Assembly (NCBI GenBank): GCA_041659805.1
Contig: JBAZXP010000001.1
Coordinates: 448,589 to 512,588, forward strand
DNA length: 64,000 nucleotides
Origin: Microgenomates group bacterium
Lineage (GTDB): Bacteria; Patescibacteriota; Microgenomatia; Daviesbacterales; UBA10151
Direction: 5' to 3'
Positions within the stretch are counted from its first letter, which is position 1. Each line of letters starts with the position of its first letter. The position numbers were made by a program, and so were the translations under genes. Positions 8,471 to 18,068 of the stretch are shown here, piece after piece. Under the pieces are notes generated by a model. It saw nothing but the letters and a program-made list of their open reading frames with translations, was not told where the DNA came from and searched no databases.

Positions 8471-9493
8471 ATGACAAGTAAAAAGATTTTAGTTACAGGG
8501 GCTGGAGGATACATAGGATCTGTTACGACAGATTTACTTTTAGAACAAGGATATAAAGTTGTAGCACTTGATAATTTTTCCAGAGGTTATAAATCTCCCT
8601 TAGAATATCTTCAAAATAAATACGGTCATGATAAAATTAGTTTTTATGAAAAAGATTTAGTTCAGGATGACTTAGATGATTTATTTAAAAAAGAAGAGAT
8701 TGAGGTAATTATGCATTTTGCAGCCTTATGTAATGTGGGTGAATCCTGGGAAAAACCTGAACTTTATTTTGGCAATAACGTTATCGGGTTACAAAGGCTA
8801 GCAGAAGTTGCGATAAAAGCAAAAGTTGATAAAATAATTTTTTCCTCTACCTGTGCTGTATATGGTGATGCAAAATATTTGCCGATTGATGAAAAACACC
8901 CGATTGCTGATCCCGCCAGTCCTTATGGAGCCACCAAAAAAATGTGTGAAGAAATTTTGAATTGGTATTCTAAGGCTAATCTTTTGAAGTATGTATTTCT
9001 AAGATATTTTAATGTTACAGGTGCCTCCAATGATCATATGCTGGGGGACTCAAAAAATCCTTCTTTTCACCTTGTTCAAAATGCAGTTAAAGGGGCATTG
9101 GGTTTAGAAAAATTTGAATTAAATTATACCCCAGTAAATACATCTGATGGTTCACCTATTCGTGACTATACAAATGTAGTAGATTTGGCAGACGCTCATA
9201 TAAAGGCGCTTGAATATATATTAAATGAAGAAAATAAAAGTGATGTATTTAATTTAGGAACCGGAAAAGGCGATTCTGTTTTAGAAATTGTTAAAATTGT
9301 GAAAGATAAAACCGGAGTAGATTTTGAGGTAAATATGTCGGAAAACAGGAGAAAAGGTGAGGCAGATAAGATGATTGCAGATATTAAGAAGGCAGAAAAA
9401 TTTTTGGGTTGGAAACCGACGCACACTTTGGAACAAAGTATTGATTCTCTGATTGCTTGGTATAAAGCAAATCCTCAGGGCTGGAAAGATTAA
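8471..9493 (+). CDS. galE: UDP-glucose 4-epimerase
   Basis: GAGGYIGS, HFAA, SSTCAVYG, YGATK, LRYFN, DGSPIRDY. Confidence 0.93.
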   Translation: MTSKKILVTGAGGYIGSVTTDLLLEQGYKVVALDNFSRGYKSPLEYLQNKYGHDKISFYEKDLVQDDLDDLFKKEEIEVIMHFAALCNVGESWEKPELYFGNNVIGLQRLAEVAIKAKVDKIIFSSTCAVYGDAKYLPIDEKHPIADPASPYGATKKMCEEILNWYSKANLLKYVFLRYFNVTGASNDHMLGDSKNPSFHLVQNAVKGALGLEKFELNYTPVNTSDGSPIRDYTNVVDLADAHIKALEYILNEENKSDVFNLGTGKGDSVLEIVKIVKDKTGVDFEVNMSENRRKGEADKMIADIKKAEKFLGWKPTHTLEQSIDSLIAWYKANPQGWKD

Positions 9494-10950
9494 TTATAAA
9501 AGCCCATTAGAGGGTCGAGTTGACTAGTTGGATCATTACAAACTTTTTTATCAGTGAATTCTTTTATGATCGGCTCTATCACTCCGATTTTTCCGAAAAT
9601 AGGATTAGATTCTTTGGGAGAATAACTCCAGGGGAGCACAATACTATAAACAGGTGCACCTCTTCCTGATTTAATTAGTTGGTAATTTTTCCACCAAAAC
9701 AGATATCTAAAACCTCCATCATTGCCGGGGTCAACAATGAAATTAAGTTGAATGCAGGGGAAATTTTTGGATTTTGCGTCCGAAACTATAAAATCAACCA
9801 CTTGTTTTTTCTCTGCCAGAGCCTCTCTAGGAAAAGGTAGATTTATAAAACTAATTAAATTAAAAATAAAATAACTGAGAATTAATAATTCCGCAATTTT
9901 TATCCTATGAAATTTTTGCCTGATAAAATCTAACAAAAGAGATATGCAGAGAATCGGTATAATAATAAAACTTGCAAAGTAATATTCACTGATTCCCCTT
10001 TTTGAAATTTCCTGACTGACGATTATACTTATAAACCAGAGAAAAATGAGTGTTAGCTGAGGACTGCTTAAAACTTTTTTAAATTTCAAAAATATTAATC
10101 CGGCTATGAGGAGTGGGTAGATCAATGAAGGTTGTAGGGGCCAGGGGGTGACTAGGGACCTTGTCATCATGACTGAAGAAGCATCAATAATTTTCATAAA
10201 TCTGTTTAGTCCTTCTGCTTCTGCTACAGATTTTCCGAAAGATGCAAAAATAGATAATGTTTGTGAAAAATTATGTTTTATTTCAAACGCAAAAAAGGGT
10301 ATTAATAAAGTTACTGCAAGCACAATAGGAAAAATGAAAGACGTTAATCTTGGACGTTTTTTTGTAAATACTAAAGCGATTGGAACAAGTCCTAGTAGAG
10401 GTAAAAGGGCTATATGAATATGCCAGATTAATCCTGTAAGTACCCCCAAAATCCAAAATTTTTTATACTCCCCTCTTTGAATACAAAATATAATATAAAG
10501 AAACCAAACAGACCAGATAGGTACAAACATTGTCGGGACTATCCAGCGGTCGAAAAGTGCAATATTTAATGAAACACTATAAATAAAACTTCCGATAAGT
10601 CCGGTAGTTTTATTGAAAATTTTTGAGAATACATAATAGACACTGAGTATTGTAAGGATTCCGTTAATTGCTGAAAGACCAATTGCTCCGGCAGGATCCA
10701 TATCGAATAATGCAAAAAAGGGAATCAAAATATAATAAAATAAAGGACCGATAAAAACTCCCGGAATACTGGTGACCTGGCCGATTAGCCTGAAATGATG
10801 ATCAATGAGTATGTCTTTTACAATCCATGAATAAAGATCCTCATCATGTGCATATGGAGAAAAATGTTCTAATTGATAGAGTCTAAAGAAAAGTCCTGTA
10901 ATTATAATGATTGCTAAGTAAAAATACGGAGACGCAAGAATTCTTTTCAT
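9490..10950 (-). CDS. GT-C (ArnT/PMT-like) membrane glycosyltransferase
   Basis: TM1 followed by acidic loop HDED, LIGQ..GVFIGPLFYY, about 11 TMs, soluble C-terminus; paralog of 14195-15694. Confidence 0.75.
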   Translation of the reverse strand: MKRILASPYFYLAIIIITGLFFRLYQLEHFSPYAHDEDLYSWIVKDILIDHHFRLIGQVTSIPGVFIGPLFYYILIPFFALFDMDPAGAIGLSAINGILTILSVYYVFSKIFNKTTGLIGSFIYSVSLNIALFDRWIVPTMFVPIWSVWFLYIIFCIQRGEYKKFWILGVLTGLIWHIHIALLPLLGLVPIALVFTKKRPRLTSFIFPIVLAVTLLIPFFAFEIKHNFSQTLSIFASFGKSVAEAEGLNRFMKIIDASSVMMTRSLVTPWPLQPSLIYPLLIAGLIFLKFKKVLSSPQLTLIFLWFISIIVSQEISKRGISEYYFASFIIIPILCISLLLDFIRQKFHRIKIAELLILSYFIFNLISFINLPFPREALAEKKQVVDFIVSDAKSKNFPCIQLNFIVDPGNDGGFRYLFWWKNYQLIKSGRGAPVYSIVLPWSYSPKESNPIFGKIGVIEPIIKEFTDKKVCNDPTSQLDPLMGFYN

Positions 10951-11024
10951 ATCTTTGTCAGTATAGCTTACAAAAACGCATTAAAAAACTATCATTTTTA
11001 AGTCAATTAAAATATGATAATAGG

Positions 11025-12680
11025 GTGAAATTTGTTATATTTTCTATATTATTTTTAATTGGTCTTCAATTTTTCCTTATTCAACCTTTTTTTCATTCAG
11101 GTTTTTTCCCTACTCATGATGATATTCAGATAATCAGAATTTTTGAATATTTTCAATCGTTAAAATTCGGGGCTATTCCTCCGCGGTGGTCCAGTGGTTT
11201 GCTTTTTGGTTACGGTTATCCCCTGTTTGTTTTTTATAGTCCGCTCGTTTATTTTTTAGGGTCAATGTTTATTTTTTTAGGTTTTAATTTTTTACTTGCT
11301 ACAAAAATAGTTTTTATTCTTTGTTTTTTTGTCGGTGTTATCGGAGTATTTTTTGTTGTTAGGTTTTTCGTGGGGCCTGTACCTGCTTTAATTTCTTCAA
11401 TAATCTATTCTTTTATTCCTTATAGGGCTGTTGACGTATATGTTAGAGGAGATTTGGCAGAATTTTTTGCCTATTCATTTTTCCCTTGGGTATTACTCAT
11501 AAAAATAAAATTATTAACAAATCCTAAACAAAAACTTTTAGTGCCCTTGCTTGGAATATTTTTAGGTTTACTTATTATATCTCATAATATTTCTGTTTTT
11601 ATTTATGCAATTTTTCTTATTGCATGTGATGGTTTTTATATTTTGAATACTGAAAAAAAGATTAGACGGTTGTTAATTACAAATCTTTTTGTCAGTACGA
11701 TTTTAGGAATATTAATATCCTGTTTTTATTGGTTGCCGTTAATTTTCGAATCCCGTTTTGTACAACTCGATAAGGTTATTGCAGATCCGTATAATCAATA
11801 TTTCCTTACTTTAAATCAAATATGGGACTCACCTTGGGGATACGGAGGATTTTTACAACAAAATCCGATGTCTTTGCAATTGGGTAAGGTGATTATAATA
11901 ATTTCATTTTTAGCTTTCATTTTAAATATTTTTGTAAAAACCGCTTTTAGAAAAACCGTTCATTTTTTTAGTGCGGTATATATTGTTAGTACATTGCTTG
12001 AAACTAAAATAACTCAATTTTTTTGGGAAATCGTTACACCACTTCACTATCTGCAATTTCCCTGGAGACTGCATATTCTTAATACAATTTGTGGAATTAT
12101 TTTAATTGGATTCTTTGTTTTTTTCTTGCAACATTTAAAAATTTATCAAAGTAAAATCGGTAAGCTGGCATTTTTAGGAATAATGTTATTTATGATAGGG
12201 ATGTCAGTTAAAGAAAGTTATTCTTTTTTTAGCGCCAAATCCTTTACAGAAGCAAAACCGGCAGCAGCCACTACAACAGGGGAAGAATATTTACCTAAAT
12301 GGGTTAAACAATTACCGAATAATTATCCGGCTGATAAAGCAGAGTTCTTGAAAGGAAATGGCAAAATAGAAAATATTGAATGGGGATACTCCCAAAAAAG
12401 TATTACTGTTGTTTCTCAACAGGAAACCAAAATTCAAATTGCACATATTTATTATCCAGGATGGATTGCTTATATTAACAATAAAAAATCGGATATAAGC
12501 TATGATAATAAATTTGGCCAGATGGAAATTAATGTACCAAAAGGAACTAATAATATTGTTTTTAAATTCGAAAGAACTTGGTGGAGGTGGCTTGCGGATA
12601 TTGTATCTGTAATAGGACTTCTTACTGTGGTCTATTTAATTTATATTAACTATCGGAAAAAAGTAGAGTTAAGTAAATAA
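11025..12680 (+). CDS. GT-C-type membrane protein ('PTPS-related'/YfhO-like family)
   Basis: THDD, PPRW..GYGYPLF, YVRGDLAE, QFPWR, EYLP, YYPGW. Start re-called to in-frame GTG 11025 (TATGAT-N6-GTG); the ORF-track start at 10911 overlaps the divergent gene. Confidence 0.75.
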   Translation: MKFVIFSILFLIGLQFFLIQPFFHSGFFPTHDDIQIIRIFEYFQSLKFGAIPPRWSSGLLFGYGYPLFVFYSPLVYFLGSMFIFLGFNFLLATKIVFILCFFVGVIGVFFVVRFFVGPVPALISSIIYSFIPYRAVDVYVRGDLAEFFAYSFFPWVLLIKIKLLTNPKQKLLVPLLGIFLGLLIISHNISVFIYAIFLIACDGFYILNTEKKIRRLLITNLFVSTILGILISCFYWLPLIFESRFVQLDKVIADPYNQYFLTLNQIWDSPWGYGGFLQQNPMSLQLGKVIIIISFLAFILNIFVKTAFRKTVHFFSAVYIVSTLLETKITQFFWEIVTPLHYLQFPWRLHILNTICGIILIGFFVFFLQHLKIYQSKIGKLAFLGIMLFMIGMSVKESYSFFSAKSFTEAKPAAATTTGEEYLPKWVKQLPNNYPADKAEFLKGNGKIENIEWGYSQKSITVVSQQETKIQIAHIYYPGWIAYINNKKSDISYDNKFGQMEINVPKGTNNIVFKFERTWWRWLADIVSVIGLLTVVYLIYINYRKKVELSK

Positions 12681-14194
12681 GGGTTTGCAGGAATTTTAAT
12701 TTCCTCATCTGTTAACCGGTATTTTTGAATATCTATAACATCAATTGTTTTTATTGATTCAGGTTCTTTATTGATTTTTATATGAGTGACTTTCCAGCCA
12801 TTGCTATCTGTATTAAACAAACCTGAATTTACATCAACAAAAACTAGAAAGGTTAGTCTTTGTTTAGTAAAAGGATAGGCTGTAACATGTCTGTATTCTC
12901 TTTGAACAAATGATAAGGCATACCATTGGTTATAAACCCAAAGATAAGGAGTATATATGTAGTAACCAAAATCCTGATCTGCTTCTTTATAAACAGATTC
13001 CGCGACATATTTATTAAAAGCCCAACTGTTTACGCTCCGTTTTGTAACATCTAAATTAAAATTTTTGATATAACCAGCAGCAATAAAATAATTCCAAGCT
13101 AACAACAAAACAAAGATTAAGAAAAATATTTTTTTAGGAAGATAATTATAAAAAGCTGTATATAAAATTATAATGACTGGTAGAAACGGCCAGTAATATG
13201 TAGTCCAGGAAATGTTAAAAAGTAAAAACATTGCCCAGAAACCAAAGTAAAAATATAAAAATAATAAATATATTTTTTTGAGATTACCCTTAACTACTTT
13301 AAAGGTTAGCAAAACAAATAATAGGAAAGTAACACAGGAAAGCAATCTGCTGTCTTGGGTGAATGCAAAAAAGGTATCTGTTGTAAGGGAAAAAATCTTT
13401 TCATATAAAAACAGCGAAAAATTTGTAGTTACTTTTGGATGTTGGGAGGTAATAAAAGTTATTACAGATTTTGTTTGTAAGAATTCATGTTTTAGTTCAA
13501 AGATTATGTAGGTGGATAGCGGAATAGGAATTATCGGGAGAATGAGTAAATGTTTTAGGAGTTTTTTTGAGAAAAGAAAATATATTAGAAATAAGGTAGT
13601 CATAATTAAAACCGGAATTCCAAAGGCCATTTGAAATTGAATTATGCAACCGAGAATAAGAATCGAAATTAATAGATGCAAAGCTTTTTTGGTTTCGAGG
13701 TATTTTATAAAAAAATAAAAAAATACCGGTGATAAGACGACTGCACCATAAGGGTTATAAAATTGTTTTAAGCCGATTGTCGGGTTAATGATTGAGTTGG
13801 CAGAGTAAAGAAGTGTTGCCAGAAGTGCGATGGTTGAATTGAATAATTTTTTGGTAACAAACCAAAAAATGAGTAATGTGATAATTGATAAACCCCACCA
13901 AAACCAGCCCATTAAAACAGGATCTCCCTGGGTTATAAAAAATGCGGGTAGATTAATATAGTACCAAAGCGGGCCATGGAAGAGCCCGCCCACAATACCG
14001 GAATGAGGGCCGATTAAAGTCAGTTTTCCGGTATCAATAATTTCTTTTAAAACAAGAAAATCTCTGGCAATATCTACGTCATAATGAATGTCACCGTTGA
14101 TCAACCACCATGTGCTTAAAAATACATTTATTACAATGAGAGTAATTACAAAGGCTTCCCATCTTTTTAATTTTCGGATCATTATTTTAGTCAT
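12650..14194 (-). CDS. GT-C (ArnT/PMT-like) membrane glycosyltransferase
   Basis: DVDIARD loop, LIGP..GLFHGPLWYY, multi-TM. Confidence 0.75.
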   Translation of the reverse strand: MTKIMIRKLKRWEAFVITLIVINVFLSTWWLINGDIHYDVDIARDFLVLKEIIDTGKLTLIGPHSGIVGGLFHGPLWYYINLPAFFITQGDPVLMGWFWWGLSIITLLIFWFVTKKLFNSTIALLATLLYSANSIINPTIGLKQFYNPYGAVVLSPVFFYFFIKYLETKKALHLLISILILGCIIQFQMAFGIPVLIMTTLFLIYFLFSKKLLKHLLILPIIPIPLSTYIIFELKHEFLQTKSVITFITSQHPKVTTNFSLFLYEKIFSLTTDTFFAFTQDSRLLSCVTFLLFVLLTFKVVKGNLKKIYLLFLYFYFGFWAMFLLFNISWTTYYWPFLPVIIILYTAFYNYLPKKIFFLIFVLLLAWNYFIAAGYIKNFNLDVTKRSVNSWAFNKYVAESVYKEADQDFGYYIYTPYLWVYNQWYALSFVQREYRHVTAYPFTKQRLTFLVFVDVNSGLFNTDSNGWKVTHIKINKEPESIKTIDVIDIQKYRLTDEEIKIPANPYLLNSTFFR

Positions 14195-15694
14195 TTAATT
14201 ATTGAATCCCCAAAGTTGTAATAGTTGTCGGTCAGGTTCTGAGCAAATTTTTGAATCAACCTTTTTTATAGTCGGTAGTATTACTCCGATGTCACCGAAT
14301 CTTACATTAACTTCATTCCCTGAAATAGTCCAGGGGTTTACTATACTGTAAACAGGTATGTCGGCAGAGGCCTTGATGACATTTAATTTATAATACCAAA
14401 ATAAATAGCGGAAACCACTGACTACATTTTCCTTCGGTTCGATATGATTAATTCCGACACAAGGGTAACTGTTTTTTACATAATCATCCCTGATATATTC
14501 AATTGATTTTACTTTAGATGAAAATCCACTAAATCCTTCGGGTTTATTAAAAATCCATATTAAGACTGAAGCTGCATAAATAAATAACAGAATGGTAATT
14601 AGAGGAAATTTTTTTAAAAAGTTATTTAAGTGGTTTAGGAATAATGATAGTATTAAAAATAATATTATTAGAAGGTTGTTGAAATAATATTCTGAAACCG
14701 CCTTTTTAGAAATTAGCTGAGCAAGAAATACTGTAAGGTACCAAAAAAATAATATTAATAATTGTTTAGTAGTTAGAATCCCCTTTTTCCCTAAATAGAT
14801 AGCGATGGAGAGAAGTGTAAATGCTAATAAGGTAACAAATGACAGACTGAATCCTGAAACTTCTCCACCAAAAGTAAGTATGGCGATAAAAGATTTTGTG
14901 CTGGAATCAAAAACTTTGATAACACGATTTATTCCTGTATAACTATCTGCGTTTGTTTGCATTGAGGCAAACAAACTTCTGGTTTGCAAAAATTCATGTT
15001 TTATTTCAAAGATAAAAAAGGGACTAACTAGCACGATTAATATTATTGAAGAAATTAGAAGTGTTTTTAAATTAATTTGATCCTTAATATTTTTTTTCTC
15101 TGATAAGAAAAAAGCAATCGGTAATAAAATAAGTAGCGGAAGTAGGGCGATATGAATATGCCAAATTAGACCTATTAACACGCTTAAAGGAATTAGAATT
15201 TTATAATTTCCTTTCAGAACAGAAAAAAGAACATATAAAAACCAAACAGACCACAAAACTGTCGGTTGAGTTGGCACAACCCAGCGGTCTAAAAATACTG
15301 CGCCAGGGGAAGCTGCATATATGAAAGCCCCGATGAGTCCTGTGTTTTTATTGAAGAATTCTTTGAAGATCCAATAAATGCTGATTATAGTGAACAATCC
15401 CAAAACAGTAGTTACTGCAGCTCCGCTTAAAGGATGCATATTAAAGATACCGAAACTGATTGCAGTCAGGTAATAAAAAAGCGGGCCTATAAACAGACCT
15501 AATATGCTTGTTTCCTGACCGATTAAACGTAGATGATGATCTACAATTATATTTTTTGCTATCCAGGCAGAAAGATCCTGATCATGACCAAAGGAATAAA
15601 AGATTTCTAATTTAAATGTTCTTAAAAAGAGGCCTAAAAGTAAAATTAATAAAAGAATTATAAAAGTATTATGTTTTTTGAAAAAATGATTCAT
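14195..15694 (-). CDS. GT-C (ArnT/PMT-like) membrane glycosyltransferase
   Basis: HDQD loop, LIGQETS..FIGPLFYY, DRWVVPT, LIWHIH; close paralog of 9490-10950. Start taken at ATG 15694 (ORF track: 15718). Confidence 0.75.
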   Translation of the reverse strand: MNHFFKKHNTFIILLLILLLGLFLRTFKLEIFYSFGHDQDLSAWIAKNIIVDHHLRLIGQETSILGLFIGPLFYYLTAISFGIFNMHPLSGAAVTTVLGLFTIISIYWIFKEFFNKNTGLIGAFIYAASPGAVFLDRWVVPTQPTVLWSVWFLYVLFSVLKGNYKILIPLSVLIGLIWHIHIALLPLLILLPIAFFLSEKKNIKDQINLKTLLISSIILIVLVSPFFIFEIKHEFLQTRSLFASMQTNADSYTGINRVIKVFDSSTKSFIAILTFGGEVSGFSLSFVTLLAFTLLSIAIYLGKKGILTTKQLLILFFWYLTVFLAQLISKKAVSEYYFNNLLIILFLILSLFLNHLNNFLKKFPLITILLFIYAASVLIWIFNKPEGFSGFSSKVKSIEYIRDDYVKNSYPCVGINHIEPKENVVSGFRYLFWYYKLNVIKASADIPVYSIVNPWTISGNEVNVRFGDIGVILPTIKKVDSKICSEPDRQLLQLWGFNN

Positions 15695-15717
15695 CCTTAA
15701 CTTAGTCCTTTCTTTCA

Positions 15718-15725
15718 AGTATACT
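15718..15725. promoter_or_regulatory. Palindromic AGTATACT providing a TATACT -10 box on both strands
   Basis: Lies in a 37-bp divergent spacer; the plus-strand copy is 6 nt before ATG 15732. Confidence 0.5.
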
Positions 15726-15731
15726 CATAGC

Positions 15732-18068
15732 ATGCGCCCAAAGGAAGTCATTATAGTGCTCTTTTTCTTTATATTTATTACCTTAGCTTTTTTTTATCAA
15801 ATTTTCTTAGGATTAATTCCTTTACCTACAGACTTGATTGTTGGAGTGTATCACCCCTGGATTAATTATCAATGGGGTTACAACACACTGGTTCCTATTC
15901 ACAACTCTTTGCTTTCAGATGCCGTCTCAATAATTTATCCTTTGAAAGTAGCTGCTGTTGATATGCTCAAAAGAGGAGAGCTTCCCCTTTGGAATCCGTA
16001 CATGCTTGGTGGGTATCCTTTATATGCCAGCACAATATTAGGTTTGATTTTCCCGACAATGATTTTTTATTTATTTTTTTCAGCACCTGTTGCCTGGACT
16101 TTACAGATGATGTTTCAACCTCTTTTAGCCTCATTTTTTATGTATCTTTTATTAAGACATCTAAATTTGAATAAACTGGCCAGTGTTTTTGGCGGTATTG
16201 CTTATGGTTTCGGAGGATTTCTGACTATTTGGATGCAGTGGAATACTCAGCCTTCAACGGCTCTTTTTTTACCGATACTAATTTTGCTGGAAGATAAATA
16301 TTTAATTTCAAAACAGCTTAAGTGGGGAGTTTTATTTAGTATTTTTATAGCTTTGCAAATAACAGCCGGCTATTTACCTATTATTCAATTTACCTTTATT
16401 GGATTGGGGATTTGGTTTTTATTTAGATCTAATAGTTTTATATCTGATTTAAAAATTTCCTTTTTTGTTATTTTGGGGATACTTTTGAGTGCAATATATT
16501 TATTGCCGGTTTTAGAACTTCTTCAACTCTCACAAAGAAAGATAGAAACTTTGGGTGCATTCGACTCACCTTTTATTTATTCTGAAAATTTAATTGCACT
16601 TATTGCGCCTGATTTTTTTGGCAATACCGCTACCAGAAATTTTTGGGGGAGGGGAGAGTATTTAGATTCTACTATATATACAGGTGTAGTGACTTTAATA
16701 TTTTCAATCTTTGGTTTAAAGAATTTTTTTAATAAATCTGCTGTCAGATTTGCAGCTTGTCTTTTTATTGTTGCAATTATTTTAGCTGTCCCTAATCCTT
16801 TTAGTGAATTTTTATATAAATTAGGTATTTGGGGAGGCTCTTCTTTGAGTTTAAACAGAATAATTTTTTTGATAAATTTTTCTCTGGCAATTTTAGGAGC
16901 ATATGGTTTATCTACATTTAGTATTAGTAATTTTAAATTAAGTATTAAACCTGGTGTTTGGGTTTTATCAGCAATTTTTGGGCTTGTTGCAGGATTATTT
17001 ATCAGCAGGTGGTTGTTGATAAATTATTTTGTTACCGCTGAAACAGAGAAATGGCTATCTTATATAAGTATTAGTTTAAGGAATTTAATTCTTCCCGCTC
17101 TAATTATTTTAGTTGTAATTATATTAATTTTATTAATAAAGAAGTTTGTTATTTTAAAGCCTTATGCAGAAATCGGTTTTATTTTGATTTTAATTTTTGA
17201 ATTATTCCGTTTCGGTTTGAAATTTAATACATTTTCAAAGATTGATTATCTTTATCCTAAAACTCCTGTTTCTAATTTTTTAGAAAAATATCCTAATGAC
17301 AGAATATTGGCTGAAAAAGATATCTTCCCTGCCAATATGTGGGTTCCTTATAAACTTTCCTCTATCTCAGGTTATGACGGAATATATCCTTTAAATATTG
17401 CCCAACTTATTGCTTCTGCAAATTCTGATAAAGTTGATGTCCCACCTCAAACCAGATGGGGTTTGCTCACAAATTTTGATTCAAAAATAATGGATACCAC
17501 AAATACCCGTTTTCTGGTTACTGTTAAAAGAGACAAGCAAGTTGATAGTCAGTTTATAAAATCAAAGTATAAACAGGTTTTTTCTGACAAGGGGATAGTG
17601 GTATTGGAAAATACTCAAAGTTTACCGAGAGCATATTTAACAAAACATGTTGTTAAATCATCAGATAAAGATACTCTTAAATTAATGTTAGATAAAAGTT
17701 TCCCTACACAGGATATTTCTTTGTCTGATTTTGAATGGAATAATCTTTCAGAAGAGGTTTTGGATCAAAAATTAACTTATAAATCTATAACTAACTCACA
17801 TGTACAAATAAAAAGCGCTACTAATATTGATGCTTATCTAGTAGTGCTTGATTCTTTTTATCCAGGATGGAAAGCTTTGATTGACGGAGAAGAAACACAA
17901 ATTCATAGAACCAATTATAATTTCAGAGGAATTTTACTGCCAAAAGGTGCGCATACTGTTGATTTTATTTATGTTCCAAAATCGCTAGAATATGGAGCAA
18001 TCATCAGCGGCTTTTCTTTATTAGTAATTACTATTTTATTAGTAGTACCTAAAATTAAAAGGAATTAG
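15732..18068 (+). CDS. YfhO-family (GT-C) membrane protein
   Basis: PLWNPY..GGYP, multi-TM, ENTQSLPRA, FYPGWKA.IDG, G.H.V.F.Y.P, C-terminal TM. Confidence 0.85.
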   Translation: MRPKEVIIVLFFFIFITLAFFYQIFLGLIPLPTDLIVGVYHPWINYQWGYNTLVPIHNSLLSDAVSIIYPLKVAAVDMLKRGELPLWNPYMLGGYPLYASTILGLIFPTMIFYLFFSAPVAWTLQMMFQPLLASFFMYLLLRHLNLNKLASVFGGIAYGFGGFLTIWMQWNTQPSTALFLPILILLEDKYLISKQLKWGVLFSIFIALQITAGYLPIIQFTFIGLGIWFLFRSNSFISDLKISFFVILGILLSAIYLLPVLELLQLSQRKIETLGAFDSPFIYSENLIALIAPDFFGNTATRNFWGRGEYLDSTIYTGVVTLIFSIFGLKNFFNKSAVRFAACLFIVAIILAVPNPFSEFLYKLGIWGGSSLSLNRIIFLINFSLAILGAYGLSTFSISNFKLSIKPGVWVLSAIFGLVAGLFISRWLLINYFVTAETEKWLSYISISLRNLILPALIILVVIILILLIKKFVILKPYAEIGFILILIFELFRFGLKFNTFSKIDYLYPKTPVSNFLEKYPNDRILAEKDIFPANMWVPYKLSSISGYDGIYPLNIAQLIASANSDKVDVPPQTRWGLLTNFDSKIMDTTNTRFLVTVKRDKQVDSQFIKSKYKQVFSDKGIVVLENTQSLPRAYLTKHVVKSSDKDTLKLMLDKSFPTQDISLSDFEWNNLSEEVLDQKLTYKSITNSHVQIKSATNIDAYLVVLDSFYPGWKALIDGEETQIHRTNYNFRGILLPKGAHTVDFIYVPKSLEYGAIISGFSLLVITILLVVPKIKRN

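Noticed and set aside
10911-11024. N-terminal extension of the 10911 ORF overlapping the divergent gene
   Set aside because: In-frame GTG at 11025 with a -10 box 6 nt upstream removes the head-to-head overlap and matches paralog lengths.
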